From: a virus
Lineage: Duplodnaviria; Caudoviricetes
IMG/VR virus record: IMGVR_UViG_3300023500_000004
Location: 1 to 57,820 of that record
Strand: one strand, 5' to 3'
DNA length: 57,820 nucleotides
Shown here: piece by piece, positions 18,441 to 27,001 of the stretch
How positions within the stretch are numbered: the first letter of the stretch is position 1
Layout: each line of letters opens with the position of its first letter
Made by a program: the position numbers and the translations under genes
The notes under the pieces: generated by a model
Told to the model about the DNA's origin: nothing
What the model saw: only the letters and a program-made list of their open reading frames with translations
Databases searched by the model: none

Positions 18441-20264
18441 CTATTTAAAGGGAGTTGGTAGGTCATATTTAACCTCTTCACCCACGCCCCAGTTATCACC
18501 AATCTTAATTCCACAACCTAAAGGTACGTTAAACTCTACGTTATAAACTACCTTAAGGTAATTATAACATGAATTTCCGAAAGCTGCACACATTATTTCA
18601 CTTATTTCATCTAATTCCTCTGGTTTTGATTCAGTTATAACACTATCATGCACTGTGTTAACCATAAAACTCTCCAATTCTCTGTGCTTCATCTCATGCC
18701 AAGCATAAGTTATTGCTATTGGTATTATGTCAGCTGTAGCGAAGCTTTGTATTGGATAGTTGTATATTCCACTCTCCTCTGGTATATAGCCATCTCTGCT
18801 ACGAGATGCTTTAATGTTAGGGAAAAAGAATTCTAATCCCGATGGTATTCTAAACTTCTTATTACGTATAGCCTGAGCTTTCCACCCCTCTTGTGTAGCT
18901 GTTAGTTGATTGTATTTATCTTTGAATGCTTGATAATAGTTCTTCTCTGCTTTAGTTCCACTCCTCCCTCCAAATAAGGGTTTAAATGTGCTGGCTTTCG
19001 CCTCTTGTCTCTCCATGTCTTGTCCAGCAGCTGTTATTGTATCAGCTGTAAACTGGTGTATATCAACACCATTCTCTATGTCATATAACGCTTGCTCGTC
19101 ATTGCCGAGGAATGCCGCGACACGAAATTCCAGTTGCGCACCATCAGCTTCACATATCTTCCAGCCCTTGTTGCGCGCCGTGATAAGAGGTTTGAATATT
19201 CTGGGCATGTTTTGGAATTGAACCCCATATTTCGTGCCCGATGAAGATAGCCTGTGCGTCTTAGTAACTGCTTGGTTGAAGTTAGCATATAATAAATCTC
19301 CTTCGTCTATACAAGCTTTAAACTTGTTTAATGTTTTAGTTAATTGTGCTTCAATAATACTATGTCTATCTAATAAATGTTGTACATTCTTTTGTGCTTT
19401 TGTCTTAGCTTTAAGCTTACGTATTGTAGCTATATCAGCTTTAGCTCTACCTCCATCTGTTCGTATTGGCTGCTTACTTCTGTCCTCCAACTCTTTAAAC
19501 TGCAGTTCATCATATATTAACTCACCAACTTGCTTTGAGCTACGCCAGTTAATATCTTTTATGATGGCTAGTTGCTTCTTTATACTACCATGTTCTGCTA
19601 CAGCTCTATAGTATTCTTCGTTAACCTTGTCTTCATCTAGCTTCAACCCTTGCATTTCAATATCAGCTAGCACTGGTGTCAATAGAAATCTAGTTAGCAT
19701 TGTCTTTAGCTTATCTTCTTTTATAGCACGCTTAAGCTGCTTCCTAAAGATAAGTTCTGTAACACTAACATCATACTCACACCTACGCTGTAACATGCTG
19801 TGGGGCAGCTCTGATGGACATACACCCCCTTTAATGCAAGTATCTATGTAGGGTTCTTTACCGCTAAATCCATACCTAACAGCCACTGGCCCCAAACCTA
19901 TTGGTAAATTGTTTGGCCTATTACCGTAGAATACATGCTCAGCAATCATTGTATCCCATACAATTATTTTACTTAAGTCTGCACCCATGTTAGCAAGCCA
20001 ACGTAAATCAAATTTAATATTATGACCAACTACAAAGCAATTCCCCTCAATCTTTTCTATTAAGGAATCAAGATACCCAATTCCACCCCATATAGACTCC
20101 AACCTATTGTTGTCAGAACAATAGCTGCTAGTAAGAAGAAGCCTGTTGTCGCGGTTGCAACTATCTCCATAGTTAATATTAGTTGTCTCACAATCCACAG
20201 TGATGTGAGGTAATGTTGTATACACCTCTGGTGTAGGTGCTTTAAGAAATTTATAAATGTCAAT
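18441..20264 (-). CDS. polA: DNA polymerase, family A, with 3'-5' exonuclease
   Basis: ExoI VDCETT, ExoII HNIKFD, THRLSS, motif A DGAQLEFR, motif B KASTFKPLFG, motif C VHDS. Start extended to an ATT with AGGAGA RBS (the ORF track gives GTG 20225). Confidence 0.93.
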   Translation of the reverse strand: MDIYKFLKAPTPEVYTTLPHITVDCETTNINYGDSCNRDNRLLLTSSYCSDNNRLESIWGGIGYLDSLIEKIEGNCFVVGHNIKFDLRWLANMGADLSKIIVWDTMIAEHVFYGNRPNNLPIGLGPVAVRYGFSGKEPYIDTCIKGGVCPSELPHSMLQRRCEYDVSVTELIFRKQLKRAIKEDKLKTMLTRFLLTPVLADIEMQGLKLDEDKVNEEYYRAVAEHGSIKKQLAIIKDINWRSSKQVGELIYDELQFKELEDRSKQPIRTDGGRAKADIATIRKLKAKTKAQKNVQHLLDRHSIIEAQLTKTLNKFKACIDEGDLLYANFNQAVTKTHRLSSSGTKYGVQFQNMPRIFKPLITARNKGWKICEADGAQLEFRVAAFLGNDEQALYDIENGVDIHQFTADTITAAGQDMERQEAKASTFKPLFGGRSGTKAEKNYYQAFKDKYNQLTATQEGWKAQAIRNKKFRIPSGLEFFFPNIKASRSRDGYIPEESGIYNYPIQSFATADIIPIAITYAWHEMKHRELESFMVNTVHDSVITESKPEELDEISEIMCAAFGNSCYNYLKVVYNVEFNVPLGCGIKIGDNWGVGEEVKYDLPTPFK

Positions 20265-20302
20265 TTTATTTCTCCTAATTAAATCGTTTAACGACCCTTC
20301 AT

Positions 20303-20509
20303 TTACTCTTTATAATTCCAAAATCCATACAAATAATCATCTACATTATCATATATAAGCTGATCTAATGCTTGTTCATATGGATAAGGGGTTTCAAACA
20401 ATTCTAGTATATCTTGTGTAGCTAGCTTTTTCATAGCTTGGTGATAGGTGCGTCTAACACTCTCCCTACTAACACCCATTTCTTCTGCAATATCATCAAA
20501 TGATTTCAT
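20303..20509 (-). CDS. Stand-alone sigma-70 region 4-like HTH protein
   Basis: SFDDIAEEMGVSRESVRRTYHQAMKKL closely follows the region 4.2 pattern TLEEVG..F.VTRERIRQIE.KAL.KL. Confidence 0.75.
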   Translation of the reverse strand: MKSFDDIAEEMGVSRESVRRTYHQAMKKLATQDILELFETPYPYEQALDQLIYDNVDDYLYGFWNYKE

Positions 20510-20696
20510 TTAGTTCCTCTTTATATTTGTCTAGAAAGAAGCGTCTATTACTATTATCTAGCAATTCTATAGCTTCATCTAATTGTCTTCGTAATTTATA
20601 AATTATAGGATCAGTCCAATCTACTTCAACACAAGCGCACTCTTCTTGGCACCTAGCACAACAAGTACAATTCATACCCGGTATATACTCAGACAT
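20496..20696 (-). CDS. Cys-rich hypothetical protein
   Basis: CTCCARCQEECAC; GGAGG RBS. Confidence 0.6.
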   Translation of the reverse strand: MSEYIPGMNCTCCARCQEECACVEVDWTDPIIYKLRRQLDEAIELLDNSNRRFFLDKYKEELNEII

Positions 20697-20698
20697 AT

Positions 20699-21880
20699 CT
20701 AATCCTCCATAACTTTACTCAACAATGGGTTTATAGATACTGGTATATTATCATGTCTACCACTACGTTTATTCTTAGTTAGGCATAGCATACGTAAGTT
20801 TTGTTGTTCATAACTTGCATCCATACCCATTCCAATCATTACATCCATCATTCCTTGCACTCCAACGTTACTAAAATATAAGTCATTCTTCTCAAGTATA
20901 TTCTTACCATAAGCTGAATCACTTGCTTGGTGTATAATAATACTAATAAATTCAAACCTCTTAGCTAAAGCTCTAAGGCTAGCTGCTAAGATTTCATTCT
21001 TCTCCACTTTGTTTGCGCTACGACATTCCATGTTAGCCATTTGATCTACGAATACAACTTCTGGACTATGCTTTTCCACTAGCATCCTAATCTCTCTTAA
21101 ACTACCTGGCTGCATGTCTTTAAAGACTAGATTGTTATACCCCTCAGCTTCAGCTATCTTCCTAGCAACTCTTGGGTCTGCTCTTATCTCCTCCTCTGAC
21201 ATGCCAGTTAAAGATGTATATATACGTAACAGCATACTCTTAGCTGGATCTTCATTACCACAATACAACACTCTCCTGCCTTCTCTAAGGAAGCCACAGA
21301 GCATATGTATGGCTAACAAACTCTTACCAACTTCTGTTGGGGCATATATAGCCACTTGATTTCCTGGAATCAACCCACCATTTAACCTATCGTTAAGACA
21401 AGCTGGTGACACTGCTACTAGATTATCTGGTGATAAGTCTTCTAATAATTCATCCAAGTCATAATTAATAAAAACTGTATTCTCTTGCTCTTCTTCAACT
21501 ACAGCTAAACTTATTAGTTTTTCTATCAAATCATCATAGTCTTCACCAGCAAGCATAGCATCAGCTATTCTATGTTCTAAAGCCTCCTTCTTTAAGTCTA
21601 TATATTCAGCTACAGTGTTTTCTACAGAACATTCTTCTAGATTATCTATAACAGAATTAATAATCCTACTACTCTTAGGATAATTACGAGCTATAATATC
21701 TTTTACAATGTTTTTATCTATACATGTAGCAGCATTATCTTTGTCATAGAAGCCACAAATCTCTTGTACGAGCATCCACCCTTGTTCACTGAAATCACCT
21801 TCTTCTCTAACAGATGCAATACTATTATAAGCCTCCCTGCTTGCAAGCATGGCACTTAGCACTCTCTGTTCTCTATTGAT
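20699..21880 (-). CDS. Replicative DNA helicase, DnaB/SF4 family
   Basis: Walker A APTEVGKS, NED, FVDQ, HQA, KNKRSG. Start extended to an ATC with GGAGGAG RBS (the ORF track gives GTG 21862). Confidence 0.9.
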   Translation of the reverse strand: MNREQRVLSAMLASREAYNSIASVREEGDFSEQGWMLVQEICGFYDKDNAATCIDKNIVKDIIARNYPKSSRIINSVIDNLEECSVENTVAEYIDLKKEALEHRIADAMLAGEDYDDLIEKLISLAVVEEEQENTVFINYDLDELLEDLSPDNLVAVSPACLNDRLNGGLIPGNQVAIYAPTEVGKSLLAIHMLCGFLREGRRVLYCGNEDPAKSMLLRIYTSLTGMSEEEIRADPRVARKIAEAEGYNNLVFKDMQPGSLREIRMLVEKHSPEVVFVDQMANMECRSANKVEKNEILAASLRALAKRFEFISIIIHQASDSAYGKNILEKNDLYFSNVGVQGMMDVMIGMGMDASYEQQNLRMLCLTKNKRSGRHDNIPVSINPLLSKVMED

Positions 21881-22043
21881 AAGTCATCTCCTCCATTTTC
21901 CTTAACCAAAGCTCTTTTATAATACTATACTCAGGTTTTGATAAATAACGTTTAGCTAGATGTACATATCGTAAAGATATATAACCCTGTCTAAAAGTAG
22001 TACAACTCTGTATAACAGTTAAGGACTTATGATATATATTCAT
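21873..22043 (-). CDS. Hypothetical 56-aa protein (below the ORF-track cutoff)
   Basis: AGGAGTT RBS and ATG overlapping the YopX stop; MNIYHKSLTVIQ... Confidence 0.5.
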   Translation of the reverse strand: MNIYHKSLTVIQSCTTFRQGYISLRYVHLAKRYLSKPEYSIIKELWLRKMEEMTYQ

Positions 22044-22411
22044 TTTAACTCCTTATTAATTAATAATTCTGGATTCTGATAAATGTTGCCTATAACAGTC
22101 TTTAGATGGAACTTATGTCCCCATAGAACATGGCAATCATCACCGTTTGCAAACCACCGTCCTTGGTATTTGTGAAACTTGACAAGCAGTTTAAATGCTT
22201 CAGACCCTATAATATCTCCTTCATAAATAGCCACACCATTCTTATCTTTAAAGCCAGTATATTGCATAGGTTTTGAGAACAAACCTCTATTGTATTCAAA
22301 TACACTCCTACTAAAACAATCATAAAAACCAACGCCATTGGGTGTTAGCAAGACTTCAACCATTTTATTAATATCTTTCCTGAAAGCTCTAAATTTAATT
22401 TCTCTACTCAC
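22040..22411 (-). CDS. YopX-family protein
   Basis: REIKFRA...MQYTGFKDKNG..IYEGDI...VIGNIYQNPEL signature. Confidence 0.9.
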   Translation of the reverse strand: MSREIKFRAFRKDINKMVEVLLTPNGVGFYDCFSRSVFEYNRGLFSKPMQYTGFKDKNGVAIYEGDIIGSEAFKLLVKFHKYQGRWFANGDDCHVLWGHKFHLKTVIGNIYQNPELLINKELK

Positions 22412-22446
22412 ACTTTAACTCCTCAAAAACTATCATTATATCTCCT

Positions 22447-22962
22447 TTATGATGGCTTGTATTTATCTCTAATCTTTATTAAATCTAATGGATACCCATC
22501 AGTCATTTCAACACAAGCATTTATATACCTCTTATCTAACGCTTGTGTATAATTATTTCTTATGCTATTAAAATGTACATGTCCATGTATATTTATATGA
22601 CCCCTCAATTCATTGGGGTGTATTGGTGCATGGCTAAGCCACATACCTTTATACTTTATCACACCTTGTATAGATTCAAAATACTTATGATACACACCAT
22701 CCTGAAACCTATCGTGATTACCTCGCACCAAAATCTTTCTACAAGGTAGTTCTGATAACAAATCTAAATCTTCAATAGAAAAGGCTACATCACCCAGTAT
22801 ATATAATAAGTCCCTCTTATCTCTACATACAGAATTAATCCTTGCTAATAGAATATGATTATGCTCAACAACAGTGTCAGCCCAAGCTCTATATCTACCA
22901 GCAAACTTTAATATATTCTTATGTCCTAAATGTAAATCACTTATTACGTACACACCAGACAT
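22447..22962 (-). CDS. Calcineurin-like phosphoesterase
   Basis: SDLHLGH, LGD, GNHD, SHAP, HGHVH motifs. Confidence 0.9.
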   Translation of the reverse strand: MSGVYVISDLHLGHKNILKFAGRYRAWADTVVEHNHILLARINSVCRDKRDLLYILGDVAFSIEDLDLLSELPCRKILVRGNHDRFQDGVYHKYFESIQGVIKYKGMWLSHAPIHPNELRGHINIHGHVHFNSIRNNYTQALDKRYINACVEMTDGYPLDLIKIRDKYKPS

Positions 22963-22963
22963 A

Positions 22964-23293
22964 CTAATCTCCTGTATTCTTTGTTATAATATAATCATTA
23001 TCCCTAAACCATCTAAACATAGCATAAGCTACACCTAAAGAGTTACGAGTCTTTTTAAATAACTCAATATCTTTAACTAACGATTCTAAATCATCTTTAT
23101 CAAATTCTATTGACTGCTCTGTGTATGATTCTCCTGTCTTCCACCCTCTACTCATGTAACAATTACCACCATCTACATTTACGTTACCACAGTCACAAGT
23201 AACAAAGTCATGCACATGTCCACTCCATATCTTATCATGACATGAATTACATTCTATTTGATTTGATATAATAACTTTATTATCTTTCATCAC
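22964..23293 (-). CDS. Conserved phage zinc-binding hypothetical protein
   Basis: CNSC...HDFVTCDCG..VDGG pattern. Confidence 0.65.
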   Translation of the reverse strand: MMKDNKVIISNQIECNSCHDKIWSGHVHDFVTCDCGNVNVDGGNCYMSRGWKTGESYTEQSIEFDKDDLESLVKDIELFKKTRNSLGVAYAMFRWFRDNDYIITKNTGD

Positions 23294-23996
23294 TTATCCC
23301 TTCTGCTATTTCTTTTAAGCGTTCATCTGTCTCATCTTTTAAATCCCTCTCAAGAGGGAGGATGGATAATTTAACTATCCATTTCCTTGCAATCCTAATG
23401 GCTTGTCTTGTAGCATCATTATCTAATGCTATTATAACATGATTAATCCCTTGTTGCAACAAATATTCCATTTTGACTTCATTTAGATTAACTCCTAGTA
23501 AAGCTACACAAGGATAATAAGGGAACATCTTCTCAGCACTGGCTATATCTTCAACTAATATAACACTCCTACCTTGTACAGTTGCAGGAAAATGTAGCAT
23601 ACACCAATCTTGCTGAACATCATTTATATTCTTTGGTGTTATTCGTGATTTATACTCAGGCTTAACTCTCCATGTCACTCCTCTCTTATCTCCTAGGTTA
23701 TCCAGGATGAGCATCGGGTTGTATGTCGGCTCCAATCCTTGTAAGGGCTTGCAAGGCGAGGGCAGGTGATGATTGTGTTGTGGTGTGTTGTAAATACTCC
23801 CGCCACACATTACTTGTACTAACCCTCGGTTCTGGCATGAAGCTCTGTGACATATCCACTTCACTTCCCTCTGATCTCTGCATATCACCAGACTCCTCTC
23901 CTTGGTTGACCCGCCTCCGCATACGGGACATATTGTACGAACTTCCCCAACTTCTGATGTTAAAGAGAGGAGCAAATCTTTCATTTTGTTGTTCAC
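23280..23996 (-). CDS. DNA primase (zinc ribbon plus TOPRIM, compact)
   Basis: CPVC...CHRASC; ILVED, ALLG, ALDND, DLKD. Confidence 0.85.
   Translation of the reverse strand: MNNKMKDLLLSLTSEVGEVRTICPVCGGGSTKERSLVICRDQREVKWICHRASCQNRGLVQVMCGGSIYNTPQHNHHLPSPCKPLQGLEPTYNPMLILDNLGDKRGVTWRVKPEYKSRITPKNINDVQQDWCMLHFPATVQGRSVILVEDIASAEKMFPYYPCVALLGVNLNEVKMEYLLQQGINHVIIALDNDATRQAIRIARKWIVKLSILPLERDLKDETDERLKEIAEGISDER
23431..23459 (-). promoter_or_regulatory. Sigma70-type promoter inside primase
   Basis: Minus strand TTGCAA-17 bp-TATAAT with TG extended -10. Confidence 0.6.
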
Positions 23997-24270
23997 GCTC
24001 TTTCCTCCATTGCTGTGTGTCTATTAAAGTATTTGATACTTTTACTTTAGTATACTCTTCAGTATCAAACGTACTGATTAGAAGTATACCACCATCACCA
24101 CGTGTACGCAGGTTTATATACTCTGTTATAAACTTAGATTCTATAGTGTCATATAGTATTTTAATATCATACTTGACACTGCTATTTAAACCTCCTACAT
24201 TTAGTTGCAATGCTTTTATTACATAATAATGTAAAGCTTCTATCTCTACACAAACTAACATTTGTTTCAC
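23698..24270 (-). CDS. Hypothetical protein (C-terminal ~100 codons overlap primase)
   Basis: Fills the 24.0-24.27 kb gap; function unknown. Confidence 0.45.
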   Translation of the reverse strand: MKQMLVCVEIEALHYYVIKALQLNVGGLNSSVKYDIKILYDTIESKFITEYINLRTRGDGGILLISTFDTEEYTKVKVSNTLIDTQQWRKEREQQNERFAPLFNIRSWGSSYNMSRMRRRVNQGEESGDMQRSEGSEVDMSQSFMPEPRVSTSNVWREYLQHTTTQSSPALALQALTRIGADIQPDAHPG

Positions 24271-24285
24271 CTATTTTAAATTAAA

Positions 24286-24316
24286 TGTGCGGTACTGCAA
24301 TTTCAATGTTATAATA
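24286..24316 (+). promoter_or_regulatory. Putative phage-specific (late-type) promoter, antisense to the early arm
   Basis: TGTGCGGT-N12-ATGTTATAATA, same motif and spacing as 32293-32323; intergenic. Confidence 0.6.
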
Positions 24317-24326
24317 GTATTAAGAA

Positions 24327-24680
24327 CTAGAAAACACCACTAGTGTTTTCAATACCAACTATGCTTGGATACTCATATATCCAAGCTATTGTTTCTTTAT
24401 TATCTTTAAGTTCTATAGGTAATTCCTTCCTGCAATAACAGGAAGGATGTCCTTCTAGACAATCTAAATGACGTAGCGTTTCAGCATCTACGTCATATAA
24501 TTCTACTAAAACTTTGTACTCAGATGTTTCATCTGCAATTAAGAAAGGTATTCCAGACTCATACAGTCTGTGTCCATCTATCCAACCCTCTGCCTTTCGT
24601 TTAATATGTTGTAATAAATCATGGTTACTTCTACCTTGTTTTAAAGTTCCATATACACCAACTGTTGTAATATTATTCAT
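24327..24680 (-). CDS. Gamma-glutamylcyclotransferase (AIG2-like)
   Basis: VYGTLKQG..NH, VELY.V, LDCLEGHP..Y.R, AWIY. Confidence 0.9.
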   Translation of the reverse strand: MNNITTVGVYGTLKQGRSNHDLLQHIKRKAEGWIDGHRLYESGIPFLIADETSEYKVLVELYDVDAETLRHLDCLEGHPSCYCRKELPIELKDNKETIAWIYEYPSIVGIENTSGVF

Positions 24681-25080
24681 TGTCCATACTCTCTTTTAAT
24701 TGTTTAATATTATCTGCTAACTCTTGCGCTTGTTCTTCCAGTTTAGCAAGTTCTGTTTGTTGTTTTGTAGGGAATATTCTGTTTAGAATTCTAAACTTAT
24801 TCATTGTATTATAACCTTTGTGGGCATATTTAGTATAACCGCCACGCCCATCCCCACTGTATCTAAATATAGATAATGCTTCAAACACATTCATGGCCTC
24901 TTCTAAATCTTCGCGAGTGTAAGCATATTCAACACTATCGCAGTTGTTACAATAGGCGACTCTATTAGACTGTGATTTTGCATATACTTTATCTCCATCA
25001 ACTTTAGTTACAGTAACAGTAGCACCAAACCGACCATCTATTGTATATCTAACCTTATCACCAACTTTAAATTTATTCAT
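24673..25080 (-). CDS. Hypothetical protein (SH3/KOW-like N-terminus, coiled-coil C-terminus)
   Basis: KFKVGDKVRY start; heptad C-terminus. Confidence 0.6.
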   Translation of the reverse strand: MNKFKVGDKVRYTIDGRFGATVTVTKVDGDKVYAKSQSNRVAYCNNCDSVEYAYTREDLEEAMNVFEALSIFRYSGDGRGGYTKYAHKGYNTMNKFRILNRIFPTKQQTELAKLEEQAQELADNIKQLKESMDNE

Positions 25081-25841
25081 TATGAATTCTCCATATATTT
25101 TATAATTGCATTTGTATAACTATCTAATGTAATACCTTCAAGGCCAGGTGCTGTGTTAACTTCTAATACATACCACTTGTTATAGTGTTCATTGTATATT
25201 AAATCAACTGCACCAAAGGTTAAACCTAAAGCTATGATGGCCTGTTTACACATATCACTAACACTGTCTAATATGTTTACACCTTCCCGTACAAATACAA
25301 AGCCATTGCTATGATTACGTATCTGCCAGTTAACATCATCATCTGGTACAGATCTATCTCTAGCCTTTCGTTGTGCATCTATGATCTCACCATCAAACAC
25401 ATGCACTCTATACTCTTGTGTTTTCTTTACATACTTGGTGTATAAGGGTGCATCAACAACCTCCTCTTTAGTTGTAGCTAATACAATACCCACACCCCCT
25501 GAACCTCTTAATGTAGTGCGACATACAACTGTATGCCCTTTCTCAGCCCATTCCCACGCCTTCTCTATGTTAGTTGTAAAGGGGGGCAATGGTATGTCCT
25601 TCAAGGACATTAAACATAAAGCCCTGAGCTTATTACAAGCTAGGTGTGCATTCTTATTAATACCTCTATCTTTATTAGTTACACCCCAATTAATAACTAG
25701 ATCACTAGCCTGTTGTCTATATACACTGTTTTGCATATGTAACAATCTACTGTTAACACCTCTGTGCCTAAGCTCTTCACTCAAAGCTCTAGACCCTCTA
25801 CTAGCTGAACTCCTATCTATTCTAACTCTATTATAATACAT
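25080..25841 (-). CDS. ATP-grasp ligase (RimK/YheCD-like)
   Basis: VINWG, NKL, GSGGVGI, EYRVHV, RNHSNG, FGAVD, LEVNTAPG; start moved to the ATG with GGAG/GAAGG RBS. Confidence 0.88.
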   Translation of the reverse strand: MYYNRVRIDRSSASRGSRALSEELRHRGVNSRLLHMQNSVYRQQASDLVINWGVTNKDRGINKNAHLACNKLRALCLMSLKDIPLPPFTTNIEKAWEWAEKGHTVVCRTTLRGSGGVGIVLATTKEEVVDAPLYTKYVKKTQEYRVHVFDGEIIDAQRKARDRSVPDDDVNWQIRNHSNGFVFVREGVNILDSVSDMCKQAIIALGLTFGAVDLIYNEHYNKWYVLEVNTAPGLEGITLDSYTNAIIKYMENS

Positions 25842-27000
25842 TACCTTCCACTCCTTTACATGATGTATATACATCTAAACATCTTTCGTGAAAATATTCA
25901 GAGCCATGCTGTTCACACACCTCTGATGCCTCTATAGGTTGTTTGCATATACCACAAGCTTCAAGGCCATCTCCGTATGTAACACACTCCAAGTCTATCA
26001 ACTCCAACCCCTTGCCACTTAAAGAGAAGTTGTTAATTGGTTGGCCTCTAGAAAAATAGTGGCTTGCTGATGTCACCTTACCTCTCACCATGCCACCAAT
26101 ATCTGCAGCGGCTCGCCACTTTTTTACAAGATCCTTGCTTATGCAAAACTTTATCTCATCTCCAGTATCTGAAGAAGCTTTACAATATCCTGTATCTTTA
26201 ACAGCATATATCCAACCACTCATATACTCTCCTATATAATTTTCTAAAGAGCTATTATTAGTAGGAGCCATACCACTCATGCTCCCACCAATAATCCTTA
26301 TATGTGGCTTTTTTACATCAAACTCCTCGTATAAACCTCCTTCAGATAAATTATCGGCTTTATAGTATAAATGTTTACCAACCTCTAACAGCTCTAAATC
26401 TTTAACTACAGCTTTATTATGTTCTGCTGCTAATGTAATCATATTCTTTTCACTAGCCCATACTAAGTCTGCTCCTACCCATCCCATCCATAAAGTACGC
26501 TCAGAGTTACGAGCAAAGTGTATAGTATTATCTTCACTATCATGCCACACTAAGGCATAAGCCCCCTCTAAACTCTCTAATACAGTGTTAGCATCCTTAG
26601 TTTGAGATAAGGCATAGCATATACTTTCACTGTCTGTATCAAACGCTATGTCACCATCATGCACTGTTGTTTTAGTTAAAGTTCCGTTGTGCATCATCGT
26701 GATTGTGCCGTGTTTAAAGGGATGAGCGTTGTCATCATCCTTAGCTCCCTTAGTAGCAAACCTGTTGTGCCCCATCAGCGCTGTGTTTGGAGCTAGTAAT
26801 ATATTTTTATATGCTTTTAATTGTATAAAATCACACGACATTAGAGCACGTTTATACACTGTACAGTCTCCTGAACGATTCACAACTGCAACACCTGTTG
26901 AGTGCGGGCCTCTTATCATATCAAAATATAACAAGTTGGTAAAAAAATCATCACCAGCTTGTGTCATACTAGAACTTGCAATACCCACCAATCCACACAT
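25831..27000 (-). CDS. Class II (Ntn) glutamine amidotransferase with C-terminal Cys/His cluster
   Basis: MCGLVG N-terminal nucleophile, RGPHSTG, GHNRFAT, NAHPF, HNGT, TDSE. Confidence 0.92.
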   Translation of the reverse strand: MCGLVGIASSSMTQAGDDFFTNLLYFDMIRGPHSTGVAVVNRSGDCTVYKRALMSCDFIQLKAYKNILLAPNTALMGHNRFATKGAKDDDNAHPFKHGTITMMHNGTLTKTTVHDGDIAFDTDSESICYALSQTKDANTVLESLEGAYALVWHDSEDNTIHFARNSERTLWMGWVGADLVWASEKNMITLAAEHNKAVVKDLELLEVGKHLYYKADNLSEGGLYEEFDVKKPHIRIIGGSMSGMAPTNNSSLENYIGEYMSGWIYAVKDTGYCKASSDTGDEIKFCISKDLVKKWRAAADIGGMVRGKVTSASHYFSRGQPINNFSLSGKGLELIDLECVTYGDGLEACGICKQPIEASEVCEQHGSEYFHERCLDVYTSCKGVEGNVL

Positions 27001-27001
27001 A

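Noticed and set aside
20060-20263. 67-aa TTG-start ORF using the polA RBS
   Set aside because: It lies wholly inside the polymerase exonuclease domain in another frame and has no recognisable features; the RBS is better explained by the in-frame ATT.
22044-22423. 10-bp direct repeat TTTAACTCCT flanking the YopX gene
   Set aside because: It is the AGGAGTTAAA ribosome-binding site of two successive genes; too short to support an insertion claim.
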